DNA of 32,000 nucleotides from Zygophlyctis sp. KS116 (taxonomy: Eukaryota; Fungi; Chytridiomycota), in NCBI GenBank assembly GCA_054661495.1, contig BAAFSQ010000070.1, forward strand, positions 12,184 through 44,183, given 5' to 3'. Shown piece by piece: positions 11,097 to 20,618 of this stretch; position 1 is the first letter of the stretch, and each line of letters begins with the position of its first letter. Made by a program: the position numbers and the translations under genes. A model generated the notes under the pieces. The model saw only the letters and a list, made by a program, of their open reading frames with translations. It did no database searches and was not told the DNA's origin.

Positions 11097-12744
11097 TTAC
11101 AATAGAGTAGGCGGTTGCCCAAAAATATCACTTATTAAAGCATTTTGAGATATAATGTGAGTAGATCCAACTGTAACTTGAGAGTCTGGTACTGTTTTAG
11201 CAACTGATTTAATATCATTGATTTCAGACCACGTTATTCCGCCAACCACAAAGATGAATAATCTTGAGAAACTACTTGCCTTATAATGAGACGGCCCACC
11301 ACCCAAAAATGAATTAAAACCAGATAGTACAGTACCCATTGTCCCAAAATAAGGGAGATGAACCAGATCATCAGAATCTTTTTCTTGTAAAATAGATTCA
11401 GCTACAAATTTACATAGTGAAACATGGCTAGTTTTTGCATAATGATCTAGTTGAATATTTGAGATTTTAGAAAGAGCTTTAAAAACATTAAATGTCCAAG
11501 GTTCAAAATTAGTATATCCACGTTCTCGTAAAATCAAGGTAAAACCTTCGTAAAGTGGGCCAGTATCCAATCCTAAAGATGCTGTAAATGCTAGCATAAT
11601 TAAAATCTGGACAAGAGAAAGTTCTTTTCCAGTCTTTAATAGATTTTCAATATCCTGAATTGCTTGATGAGGAGAATGAAGCATTTGTCTTTGAAATGCC
11701 CCTAAATTATCATAAATTGCAATATCCCTATATTATGTTAATCATTAAAACATACGGATTTTCCATTAAATCTATAAATGCAGCTAAAAATTGATATAAT
11801 TGCGGCCTCTTTCTGATAATCTCCCAATTATCCTTGAGTGGGGTAAGAAACTCTAGCAATTGCTCTTTTGTGACTCTTCCTAAAACCTTTTTAGTGTTTT
11901 TGTAATTTGGAATATCTAGAGACATTGTATCAAGTATTTTTTTCCTATTTTAATTTAGATAATTGTATTACCGCACAACCGATAGTCCAGTCTTAAACTC
12001 CATACTAGATAATACATGTAAAAACTCTAAAACTTCATCTTCAATTCCAAAGGTGTCCAATTTCAAGCTGCATTGATCTCCATCAGAAAATAAACAGCTG
12101 CTATATCCATCTGATAACAAATTAAACATGACATCTAAAATCCCTTGATGACATTGTGTTGCGCTCTTTATATCCATATCGCGATCAATTAATATCACTG
12201 CTATATTTGACTCTGAGCTCCTTCTTGGCGAATTAGCAGTGGTAGATAGGATGCTTTTGCCTATTAAAGTGGATTTTTCACCCAAAACAAATATTTCATC
12301 TTTATGCCCCATTTGATCCAAGATTGTCGAAAGGAAACCAGCGGTCACTCCAGGTTCATGATCAACAGGCCCGATTAAGAAGGATTCATTAACTTGCAAT
12401 TGACTTATCTTTACGATTAATTTTGGGAATTTAAGGTATATTTTTTCAGATACAAAATTGAAGTATCCATTCATAAAATCTGAGTAATCAGCAAAGAGCG
12501 ATTTAGAGGCAATGTGTAAATGAAATTGATGATCAAGTCTAGATCTTATTTCAACATTTAAATGTGAGAGTGTATCATAGTTTAGATCAATCCATTTCAT
12601 AATCAGCGCAATATTATTGGCAAGCAAGTGTGAAACAGAAAAAGAAAGATCACCTCGAATAGTTTCTGGGAAATTCAAATCATAGATATTTTGGCCCGAT
12701 AAGTCAATTAGTTTTATCAGCTCAGGAGATACAATCAAGCTCAT
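11097..12744 (-). CDS. SCFD2: Sec1/Munc18-family protein, SCFD2-like (3 exons; 27- and 28-nt introns)
   Basis: AVILIDRDMD (domain-2 motif), FIFVVGGITWSEI..VGSTHI (Sec1 C-terminus), EIFVLGEKSTLIG. The subfamily call is tentative. Confidence 0.55.
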
Positions 12745-13323
12745 CAGCAGCCACGTCCTAACCTGCTGTGCTCAAATCAAATCGGACATTCAAAAAATAT
12801 TATTTATTAAAACGAGTTATGCACTTTCATCATCATCTCCAAACCTTTTATATCCACTTACAGACTTATGTCCAAACATTTTACCAGATATAGATTGTCT
12901 AGGCTTTTGATTTTCCACATGATCATAATCTGATAAAGATTGTTTATTTAATAGTTTCATATGGTCATCATTTTCATCGATTTTTCCATCCTTTGTCTTT
13001 TTAGCTTTATGAGATTTAAAAGAAGGGACTAAAGGGACCGGTAAACGGTTCTTCAAAAAAGCGTGTGGTGCCTTTTGGCGATAACTTTCTTCCACATTTG
13101 ACTTTTCTAAGAGATGCAATCTATCAAGTTTTTTACTATCAATTGATTTTGATTGAGAAGTTTCAGAGTTATCAAGGCTGTCATAGTCATCATTCAATTC
13201 TTGAAAATTGTCTCCAAAATTTGACTTTAATCTTGAGTTACGAAGTCTTCTAAACCTGGAGGCACCTTTTCTGATGAACTTCTTATAAGATGTATTTTCT
13301 ACCAAAGCTTGATCGGCTCTTTC
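12710..13323. repeat. 614-bp direct repeat, copy 1 (3' end of ankyrin gene 1, spacer, first codons of the Sec1-family gene)
   Basis: No mismatch seen by eye against 14688-15301 (offset 1978). The ORF track shows identical 62-aa shadow ORFs at 13065 and 15043. Confidence 0.95.
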
Positions 13324-14589
13324 CGTCAAAGGTTCAATTTTGGGGGTTTGAAGTTGAGGATCTAAACTTGGTGAAGCTGAATTAAGATTATGAGTCAAAT
13401 ATTCGACCATTGGGGAATATCCAAATGTTTCAGCAATATATAGCATATGTAAAGTTGGTTTGGAACTTAAAGTTGGTTTGAAACCACAATCTTGAACGAA
13501 AAATTCCACTATTTCCAGATTTCCAGTTTTAACAGCTGCAAAAATGCAATATATATCTACCTTTAGTCTACCAAAGCTGATTAAATATTTTAAGAGAGCG
13601 ATATTTCCACTGGCTGATGCTTGATATAGAGTATAATTATCAGGAGTTACACCTTTCTTAATGATCAGAGACTTAACCAATTTAAGATCCCCCTTTTTGG
13701 CAGCTGCGTCTAGCTCATTTTTGGCAGCCACAATCTTAGAAATCAGCAAATTGTTTGTCTGTCGAAGAAAATTAGAAATGCGAACCATCTTGTTATTTAA
13801 TGCAGTATTCGCGGCATTAATATCGGGATTAAATTTCAGATCATTAACAAGATACTTTATCATTTCTAGATCACCACTTTCAATCGCCATATTTAAACCT
13901 ATTATATCAGGTTCCATATTATAATTTTCCTTCAAATATTTGTATATTTCAATACTCTTCCCAAAAATTGCTGCATAGAGGATATCCTTACCAGTGTGAA
14001 CATGTGGTTCGGTAAGTAAGAACTTGAAAATGTGTAAATGCCCATTAAGTGCGGCAGTCTTTAATTCAAACTTTGTTGGCCAAAAGTTCACATGTTTCAA
14101 AATATATTTTACCAGCTCTAAATTCCCACTCTCGATAGCGTCGTGAAGTACTAATCTGTTTGGAATAATTTTTTTGTTTTCAACCAAGTATTTAACAGCC
14201 ATCATATCACCATTCTGTGCTTCTTCATGCAACAATTCCAAGGTAGCCATCGAATCTGTCCCTTCTAAATGATCATCTTCAGAACTTAAATCAGAATCAG
14301 TAGTGCTCTTCTTATCCAAATCTAAAAATATATAAATTTCGGGATCACTTAATGATGATACTGAACCAGCTCCAATTTGATGATGTGAAAGATCTTTTTG
14401 AACATTTTTTAGATCTGAATGATGGATCTGTTCCATTGGATTTCCCTTTGCGATTGAATTGATTCTGTTAAATATGATCCCAGGAGACAAAGGTGATGCA
14501 GGTGATGTGGAGGATGAAGGCGATGCATGCATTGATATCATAAAGATGCAAAGCACAATGCAAGTTAATTGCAGTCGATATAATCTCAT
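12817..14589 (-). CDS. Signal-peptide ankyrin-repeat protein 1 (about 10 short ~28-aa repeats, basic C-terminal tail; intronless)
   Basis: MRLYRLQLTCIVLCIFMISMHA signal-like N-terminus, aligned with paralog 2. Repeats such as LHDAIESGNLELVKYIL and LNMAIESGDLEMIKYLV. Confidence 0.85.
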   Translation of the reverse strand: MRLYRLQLTCIVLCIFMISMHASPSSSTSPASPLSPGIIFNRINSIAKGNPMEQIHHSDLKNVQKDLSHHQIGAGSVSSLSDPEIYIFLDLDKKSTTDSDLSSEDDHLEGTDSMATLELLHEEAQNGDMMAVKYLVENKKIIPNRLVLHDAIESGNLELVKYILKHVNFWPTKFELKTAALNGHLHIFKFLLTEPHVHTGKDILYAAIFGKSIEIYKYLKENYNMEPDIIGLNMAIESGDLEMIKYLVNDLKFNPDINAANTALNNKMVRISNFLRQTNNLLISKIVAAKNELDAAAKKGDLKLVKSLIIKKGVTPDNYTLYQASASGNIALLKYLISFGRLKVDIYCIFAAVKTGNLEIVEFFVQDCGFKPTLSSKPTLHMLYIAETFGYSPMVEYLTHNLNSASPSLDPQLQTPKIEPLTERADQALVENTSYKKFIRKGASRFRRLRNSRLKSNFGDNFQELNDDYDSLDNSETSQSKSIDSKKLDRLHLLEKSNVEESYRQKAPHAFLKNRLPVPLVPSFKSHKAKKTKDGKIDENDDHMKLLNKQSLSDYDHVENQKPRQSISGKMFGHKSVSGYKRFGDDDESA

Positions 14590-14634
14590 TTGAAGGAAGA
14601 TTTTTGTAGTTTTTTTTTTCAAATTCTCACTGGT

Positions 14635-14666
14635 TTCGGACATTCGAATTAGATCTTTCCACAACC
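14635..14666. promoter_or_regulatory. Conserved upstream block of the ankyrin paralogs (second copy at 17338-17369)
   Basis: TTCGGACATTCGAATTAGATCTTTCCACAACC versus TTCGGACATTCGAATAAGAGCTTTACTCAACC, 28 of 32 identical. Contains the recurrent TCGGAC motif. Confidence 0.5.
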
Positions 14667-14687
14667 CGCTAGGTTATCAACCATTTA

Positions 14688-15301
14688 AGTTTTATCAGCT
14701 CAGGAGATACAATCAAGCTCATCAGCAGCCACGTCCTAACCTGCTGTGCTCAAATCAAATCGGACATTCAAAAAATATTATTTATTAAAACGAGTTATGC
14801 ACTTTCATCATCATCTCCAAACCTTTTATATCCACTTACAGACTTATGTCCAAACATTTTACCAGATATAGATTGTCTAGGCTTTTGATTTTCCACATGA
14901 TCATAATCTGATAAAGATTGTTTATTTAATAGTTTCATATGGTCATCATTTTCATCGATTTTTCCATCCTTTGTCTTTTTAGCTTTATGAGATTTAAAAG
15001 AAGGGACTAAAGGGACCGGTAAACGGTTCTTCAAAAAAGCGTGTGGTGCCTTTTGGCGATAACTTTCTTCCACATTTGACTTTTCTAAGAGATGCAATCT
15101 ATCAAGTTTTTTACTATCAATTGATTTTGATTGAGAAGTTTCAGAGTTATCAAGGCTGTCATAGTCATCATTCAATTCTTGAAAATTGTCTCCAAAATTT
15201 GACTTTAATCTTGAGTTACGAAGTCTTCTAAACCTGGAGGCACCTTTTCTGATGAACTTCTTATAAGATGTATTTTCTACCAAAGCTTGATCGGCTCTTT
15301 C
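14688..15301. repeat. 614-bp direct repeat, copy 2
   Basis: Identical to 12710-13323. Carries an orphan ~35-bp start of the Sec1-family CDS. Confidence 0.95.
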
Positions 15302-16906
15302 GCCTGATATTCCAGACGTTTTTCCGAATATTGAGCCAGTTGGAGATTTGAAAGAATCTTGATCCTCCTTCTCATTATCTGAAGACGACTGTTGGTCTAA
15401 TAATCTAATGCGGTCATCATCTTCATATTGTGGCCCTTTCTTCCCCTTGGAGAAGGTCGTCCACTTAGAATTTCGAAGTTTGCCAAATCTGGAGCCTTTT
15501 TTGACGGTGCTTTCATCTCTAATTAGATTCTCTTTTTTTTCAGCTTGTGTTCTGGGCATCTTTCCAATCAGTTTACTAGATATAAATTGTCTAGACTTTT
15601 TATTTTCCACATGGTCATAATCTGAAGAGGATTGTATATTCAATAGTCTAACCTGGTCATCATCTTTATTTGTTTTTCCACCCTTTGTCTTTTTAGCTTT
15701 ATGAGATGTAAAAGATGGGACTGAAGGGACCGATAAACGGTTCTTCAAGTTATTATCTAAAAATGAGGGCGTTGTTTTCTGTGGATCATTTGTTGTTTCC
15801 GAGCTAGAAACGCTTTTATAGTCATCATCCAATAAATGAAAATTGTCTTTAAACTTGAATTTTGACCTGGGAAATTTCAGTATTGATTTTGAATCAGACA
15901 TTTGATCATTAGATTCATGAAAAGATTTATCTCTTCGATTTCTAAAAAATCTACTCTTTCTAGATCCATTTTTTCCGCGAGATTTTTTGTTTTCTTCGTT
16001 AATTTGATTTATATTCTCAGCTAATACCAAAGCTTGATCATCACTTTGAGGAGAAGAGTCTATCCCAGGCGAGATGGGATAGATATTTTGAGACAAATAC
16101 TCAACAATTCTAGTATTCCCTTTTGATTTAGCAATATCCAACATTTCTGGAGTAGACTTTAATCCGAATTCCTGTATGAAAACTTTAACAATTTCCAAAT
16201 TCCCACTTTCTATGGCTGCAGCTAGATAAACATACGGTTCATGGATTAAGAACTTGAAAATGTCCAAATGTCCATTAAGTGCAGCCGCCTTTAACTCAAA
16301 AGTCGGCCAAAAATCCACTTGATTTAGAACGTATTTGACCACTTCCAAACTTCCACTTTCTATAGCATTATAAAGTACTAGTCTGTTTGGCCTTATATTT
16401 TTAGATTCAATCAAGTATTTGACAGCAAGTAAATCTCCTCGCCTTGCTTCATCATGCAATAACTCCATTGCAGCCACAGATTCTGGAACTACATAATGTT
16501 CATCTTCAGAAACAGAATCTAACTGATCATCTTCAAAGATGGAGTCATAATCATCATCCCAACCTGAATCGTATTGACCATCTTCAGAAACTGAATCCTC
16601 TTCGTAACGGTTTTTATCAAACATTATTATTTTGGGAGTGTTGGGCATCGCCGTACCCTTACGATTCTTTAGTGAAACGTAATGATCCTGAGCGACATCA
16701 TTTACATGCGGCCTATTGATAGCTCTCTTGGGATCAAAATGTTTAAAATCTTGACTCGGCATCACCTGCACTGGATTACCGACAGCCATTGCGCTTATTC
16801 CATGAGGAATGATAGCAATACTGGTGGGGGCTGCGGGAGGGGCATTCATCGAAATGGTAAAGATGATCAGCTGAATGCAAGTTAGTTTCAGTCTATATGA
16901 TCGCAT
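14795..16906 (-). CDS. Signal-peptide ankyrin-repeat protein 2 (about 5 repeats; tail module present about 3 times; intronless)
   Basis: MRSYRLKLTCIQLIIFTISMNA matches the paralog 1 start; LYNAIESGSLEVVKYVL. The last ~168 aa are identical to paralog 1. Confidence 0.85.
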   Translation of the reverse strand: MRSYRLKLTCIQLIIFTISMNAPPAAPTSIAIIPHGISAMAVGNPVQVMPSQDFKHFDPKRAINRPHVNDVAQDHYVSLKNRKGTAMPNTPKIIMFDKNRYEEDSVSEDGQYDSGWDDDYDSIFEDDQLDSVSEDEHYVVPESVAAMELLHDEARRGDLLAVKYLIESKNIRPNRLVLYNAIESGSLEVVKYVLNQVDFWPTFELKAAALNGHLDIFKFLIHEPYVYLAAAIESGNLEIVKVFIQEFGLKSTPEMLDIAKSKGNTRIVEYLSQNIYPISPGIDSSPQSDDQALVLAENINQINEENKKSRGKNGSRKSRFFRNRRDKSFHESNDQMSDSKSILKFPRSKFKFKDNFHLLDDDYKSVSSSETTNDPQKTTPSFLDNNLKNRLSVPSVPSFTSHKAKKTKGGKTNKDDDQVRLLNIQSSSDYDHVENKKSRQFISSKLIGKMPRTQAEKKENLIRDESTVKKGSRFGKLRNSKWTTFSKGKKGPQYEDDDRIRLLDQQSSSDNEKEDQDSFKSPTGSIFGKTSGISGERADQALVENTSYKKFIRKGASRFRRLRNSRLKSNFGDNFQELNDDYDSLDNSETSQSKSIDSKKLDRLHLLEKSNVEESYRQKAPHAFLKNRLPVPLVPSFKSHKAKKTKDGKIDENDDHMKLLNKQSLSDYDHVENQKPRQSISGKMFGHKSVSGYKRFGDDDESA

Positions 16907-17164
16907 TGTAAGTAGAATCAAATTTAAAATATAATTTGTTAGTTTACTAGATAATCTTTGTTTATCTGAACAACTCTTTACCATTGTGATCAGCCCTTCA
17001 AATTTATTTGTTGCACTAACCCTAACAACTAAAAAATTGTGATAATTAAATTGCCCAGAATTGTAGGAATGTATGTAGTACAATTTCAAAGATTTAATTT
17101 TTCTTTTTTCTTTTTAAATAGATTGTTCAATCTAAAACATAAATTCCCTGCTTTCTTATTTATT

Positions 17165-17300
17165 GTTGAGGATCTATTAAGATTTTGAGTCAAATATCCG
17201 ACAATTTGAGAGTGTCCTAACGGACTTGCACCTTTTCATATCAAGTATTGTGAGGCATGTTTGGTGCAAAAGAATCGTAAAATCTGTGTATTTCAAGATC
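17165..17300 (-). pseudogene. Relic fragment of a further ankyrin paralog
   Basis: Translates ASPLGHSQIVGYLTQNLN versus AETFGYSPMVEYLTHNLN in paralog 1. DNA GTTGAGGATCTA..TTAAGATTTTGAGTCAAATATCCGAC matches ~13353-13407 with a deletion. Confidence 0.7.
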
Positions 17301-17393
17301 CATAAGTACTACAAATATAATATTGAATTGTTAATCATTCGGACATTCGAATAAGAGCTTTACTCAACCGTATCCGCTTAATTAAAAACAAGA

Positions 17394-18876
17394 ATGACAA
17401 TCTCATGTCTAGATTTGGTTGCCAATTCTAATTTAGTATATGTTATTAATCCTATGAATTTTATATCCCACTTTAAGAGTGATTTTATATTAGCGTTCAA
17501 GGAAATGCTTGATATGGAAGAATCAGACCATTTTACAATAGGACTAAAAGTGGAAACTAAGCATACCAAAAGAGTACTTATGAGCAATAATAGATAGAGT
17601 TTTAGGATTGTCGGTACACCTGCGCATATCGATGAGGCAAGACGCTTATTGTCACAGGTTATTGCTGCTGGAATTAAAGACACTTTAATAATTTATACTG
17701 TTACGCATGATGGAAGAAATATGTATTTAGGAGTCGAAAACGGAATACCTTTTAGCATCTTCAATGATTCAACAGTAATCAAACACGTATTTACTGATAA
17801 TGTTCAAGAAAGGAACTTTTCTTGTACGTTTGAACTGTTATCGGGACTCAAGGACGTACCATCGTCAAGCATTATTTTGGGCTTAAATTGGAAGTCTTTA
17901 AAATTTGAATCACTGCAAAGGCCTGGAGTTGATGCCGAAGCAATTTTACACATTAATTTTGTTAATGGGGAATTAGATAAGGAGACACATGAATCAACTC
18001 AAACTTTGTGGAATACAATTAATGATCTGGAAAGATTTGATCAGGCCTATAAGGATGGGGGGAGATTTAAGAATGCAATCTGTGAAACTTGCAAATCTGA
18101 AAGAATATTAACATTTTTAGATAGTTATAGTAAAAATGAGATCAGGGATGATCGTAATGAAGTAACACAATCAAGCAGACCAGATTATGACTTTACAGAC
18201 TATTTTTGGGAATTTATTCAGGGTAAGAAAAGAGCAGGTCATCTTTATAGATATAAACTCCAAAGATGATTTGGTGCAAGTCATAACGGCACTTGTAGAA
18301 GCTTTAGAAACGCAAAGGCTTATTCCATACGTTTCTGGATCAAATCAAACAAAGTTTGCAAAGACTTTGTCGCAGCATGTATCGCTTTCTCTCAAGAATA
18401 TCTGTAAAAAGGCTGAACAAGATCTGCTTTTTGATGTATTTGATTCATGGATTAGTGACCCGTTTCCAGTTTTATTAGAATTAGGATTACGAAAATGTTA
18501 TATGGATATTTGCTATAATTTTAAAGGTAAAGTATTTATTGCGAGAAGCAGGACGGCTAACAGTTTAGATTTCAACATTATTCAGTCTATTCCAAAATAT
18601 TCTGATATTGATTCCCTAAAGTGTCTATTATCTCTTGTTGATCTTTCTACTTGTTTAAGTAATCATGCATTAGGACTTCCCCACGATCTGCATATTCATA
18701 TCCTTAAATCACTTTTGCAATCTACTTGCTTAAGCTTTTCTCTATCCATTCATTTATCAAGTTATTCTTCAAAAGTTTTAGGTTGGATTCAAAATACATG
18801 CGCTAGCTTCGACTATAAAACGTGGTCCGTCAACGATGGAACGTCCTATTTGAATATTGATTTTTCTGCAGATTAA
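17394..18876 (+). CDS. ZWILCH: Zwilch-like kinetochore RZZ complex subunit (introns 17574-17597, 18223-18250)
   Basis: RPDYDFTDYFWEFI, LIPYVSGSNQTKFAK and PFPVLLELGLRKCYMD resemble the Zwilch blocks R.D.DF...LW, P.....N....A and L.EIG..K...D. Confidence 0.65.
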
Positions 18877-18927
18877 TTAAATTGTAAATTTCATTCATGC
18901 TTAACTAAAAAATCTTCTTTGAATATT

Positions 18928-20595
18928 TCATTCATTTCTAAGTTGGTTGAGAACTTTGTCGAACTTACCTTTCATAGTCTTGCTTTTCTGCAATCCAGTG
19001 ATCAAACCTTGAATCTTTTCCTTGACTTGAAATACTGAATGATAACTATCTTCAAGCCCAGGTATTAGAATTTTCATGATAAAAAAATAATTAACTATGC
19101 AAGATAAAATCATTACAGAAAATTTCTTTGAATGTGATATTTGGCGTGGCTTCTGCAAATATCGTGAGACGATGTAATATTGATTTGTTTCCTTGAATCC
19201 TACCTTTTTGTTTGAATTTTTGCTATTCCCAGACTTTAAAGCAGATTTCAAAGTATTTTGAATTTCTTCCTCTGATAAAGGATCAACAAAACTTTCATCT
19301 TCACGGAGATTTGATAAAATTTCATCAAAGAGCACCAAAGATGCATCGTCATCAATCATTTTTCTGCAATAAAACAAATATCGACAAATATCTACATTCA
19401 AGCTACAGACTGCACTGAATGCTGTGTGATAATCAGGTTCAGCTCCCATTTTCTCAATCAAATATCTGACCAATTCTAAATTTCCATATTTTGCAGCATC
19501 ATCTAAAAAGTCTTTTCCAGGCTTCAAATTTTTAAAATTGATCAAGTATCTTAAATATTTATGATCTGCAAACTTAAGGATGGCTTGTCTGTATGCCTTT
19601 GGAGCAAGCAAAGAAATGTCTTGACTGCTGTAAAACTTATGATCCATTAGAATTCTTAAAAGAAGATAATTCATGGATTTTTCTACCTGATACTTTGTTA
19701 GTGAATCAGAGTTTAACACTTCAAAAGTGTGCCTATCTTGATCTACCCGTCTCAAATCCAATTTTTCGACCCCTGACAGAAACCACTTATAATCCTCTGA
19801 ATACTTGCCATTTGTTTCTAGCCAATCTTGTAGTATTGAACAAATCCGACTATACATTAATGCAGTAACCAAAAATTGTTTTTCAAGATCCGAATCCATA
19901 AACGACCAGAATTTCATTCTTGATAAAATTGATTGATCTTTTTTTACAATTTTAAACAAGAATTCTATCAGCATATGATTTCTACTCTTGATTGCATTAA
20001 CCAATGCTTTAGTGTATTCAACATTAGCAGTACACCTTGACAACAGATATCTTACAGGTGTATAATGCCCTCTTCTAGCAGCAATATACACCATATCAGG
20101 CTTTATTTTTGCATTTTTACTTTCTACCAAGTACCTTATTACCCTTAAATTCCCTACTTTAGCTGCTTCAAACAGAGATTTAGACATGTGCAGACTTAAT
20201 ACATTTTGAACATCCATATTATGAGCTTCTAACATTGATACCAGACTCTTGAATGAATAAGATTTACCTAGATCTTTATAAATATTATAAATATCAGGTG
20301 TTGAGTAGTGATTAATGGGAACCAAACGATCACTGGTGGGTGAAGCAGCAGATTCACTAATTACTGATGATGAATCAGTCAAAGATAATCGATCAATAGC
20401 AGTTGTTGCAAATGCATTAATACCAGAAGCGTCGGTGCTGGTTGATGTACTAGAAGTATGCGACTCCACCAATTCTTCTTGAGACAGCGGCAGTGCTTTA
20501 GATTCGGATGATACCAATGATGCATCAGTTGTTGAGATTGTCGATGCTAATAGAGTGTAATTGTCCAAGAGCCACAGGAATTTCAACAAGAGCAT
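18928..20595 (-). CDS. Ankyrin-repeat protein 3 with hydrophobic N-terminus, Ser/Thr-rich stalk and SILK/RVxF-like motifs
   Basis: LFEAAKVGNLRVIRYLVE, VYIAARRGHYTPVRYLL, LDDAAKYGNLELVRYLIE; KSALK...KKVGF near the C-terminus. Confidence 0.8.
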   Translation of the reverse strand: MLLLKFLWLLDNYTLLASTISTTDASLVSSESKALPLSQEELVESHTSSTSTSTDASGINAFATTAIDRLSLTDSSSVISESAASPTSDRLVPINHYSTPDIYNIYKDLGKSYSFKSLVSMLEAHNMDVQNVLSLHMSKSLFEAAKVGNLRVIRYLVESKNAKIKPDMVYIAARRGHYTPVRYLLSRCTANVEYTKALVNAIKSRNHMLIEFLFKIVKKDQSILSRMKFWSFMDSDLEKQFLVTALMYSRICSILQDWLETNGKYSEDYKWFLSGVEKLDLRRVDQDRHTFEVLNSDSLTKYQVEKSMNYLLLRILMDHKFYSSQDISLLAPKAYRQAILKFADHKYLRYLINFKNLKPGKDFLDDAAKYGNLELVRYLIEKMGAEPDYHTAFSAVCSLNVDICRYLFYCRKMIDDDASLVLFDEILSNLREDESFVDPLSEEEIQNTLKSALKSGNSKNSNKKVGFKETNQYYIVSRYLQKPRQISHSKKFSVMILSCIVNYFFIMKILIPGLEDSYHSVFQVKEKIQGLITGLQKSKTMKGKFDKVLNQLRNE

Positions 20596-20618
20596 TTGTC
20601 AGTCAGCCCTAAGAAAAA

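Noticed and set aside
12745-12789. In-frame upstream ATG with TGA at codon 6 (MSDLI*AQQVRTWLL) before the Sec1-family ORF, suggesting readthrough or selenocysteine
   Set aside because: The ATG overlaps the recurrent GTCCGA motif, TGA is a normal stop elsewhere in the window, and no SECIS was seen. The Met at 12744 is the simpler start.
17226-17269. TTGCACC...GGTGCAA inverted repeat
   Set aside because: Only 7 bp and lies in a decayed ankyrin fragment.
18527-18552. Intron-like GTAAAGTATT...AG in Zwilch
   Set aside because: Removing 22 or 25 nt gives an early stop, while the unspliced frame stays open.
19095-19116. Possible 22-nt intron, or a TM helix, near the ankyrin 3 C-terminus
   Set aside because: Shorter than the observed minimum intron and the frame is open without it; unresolved without RNA data.
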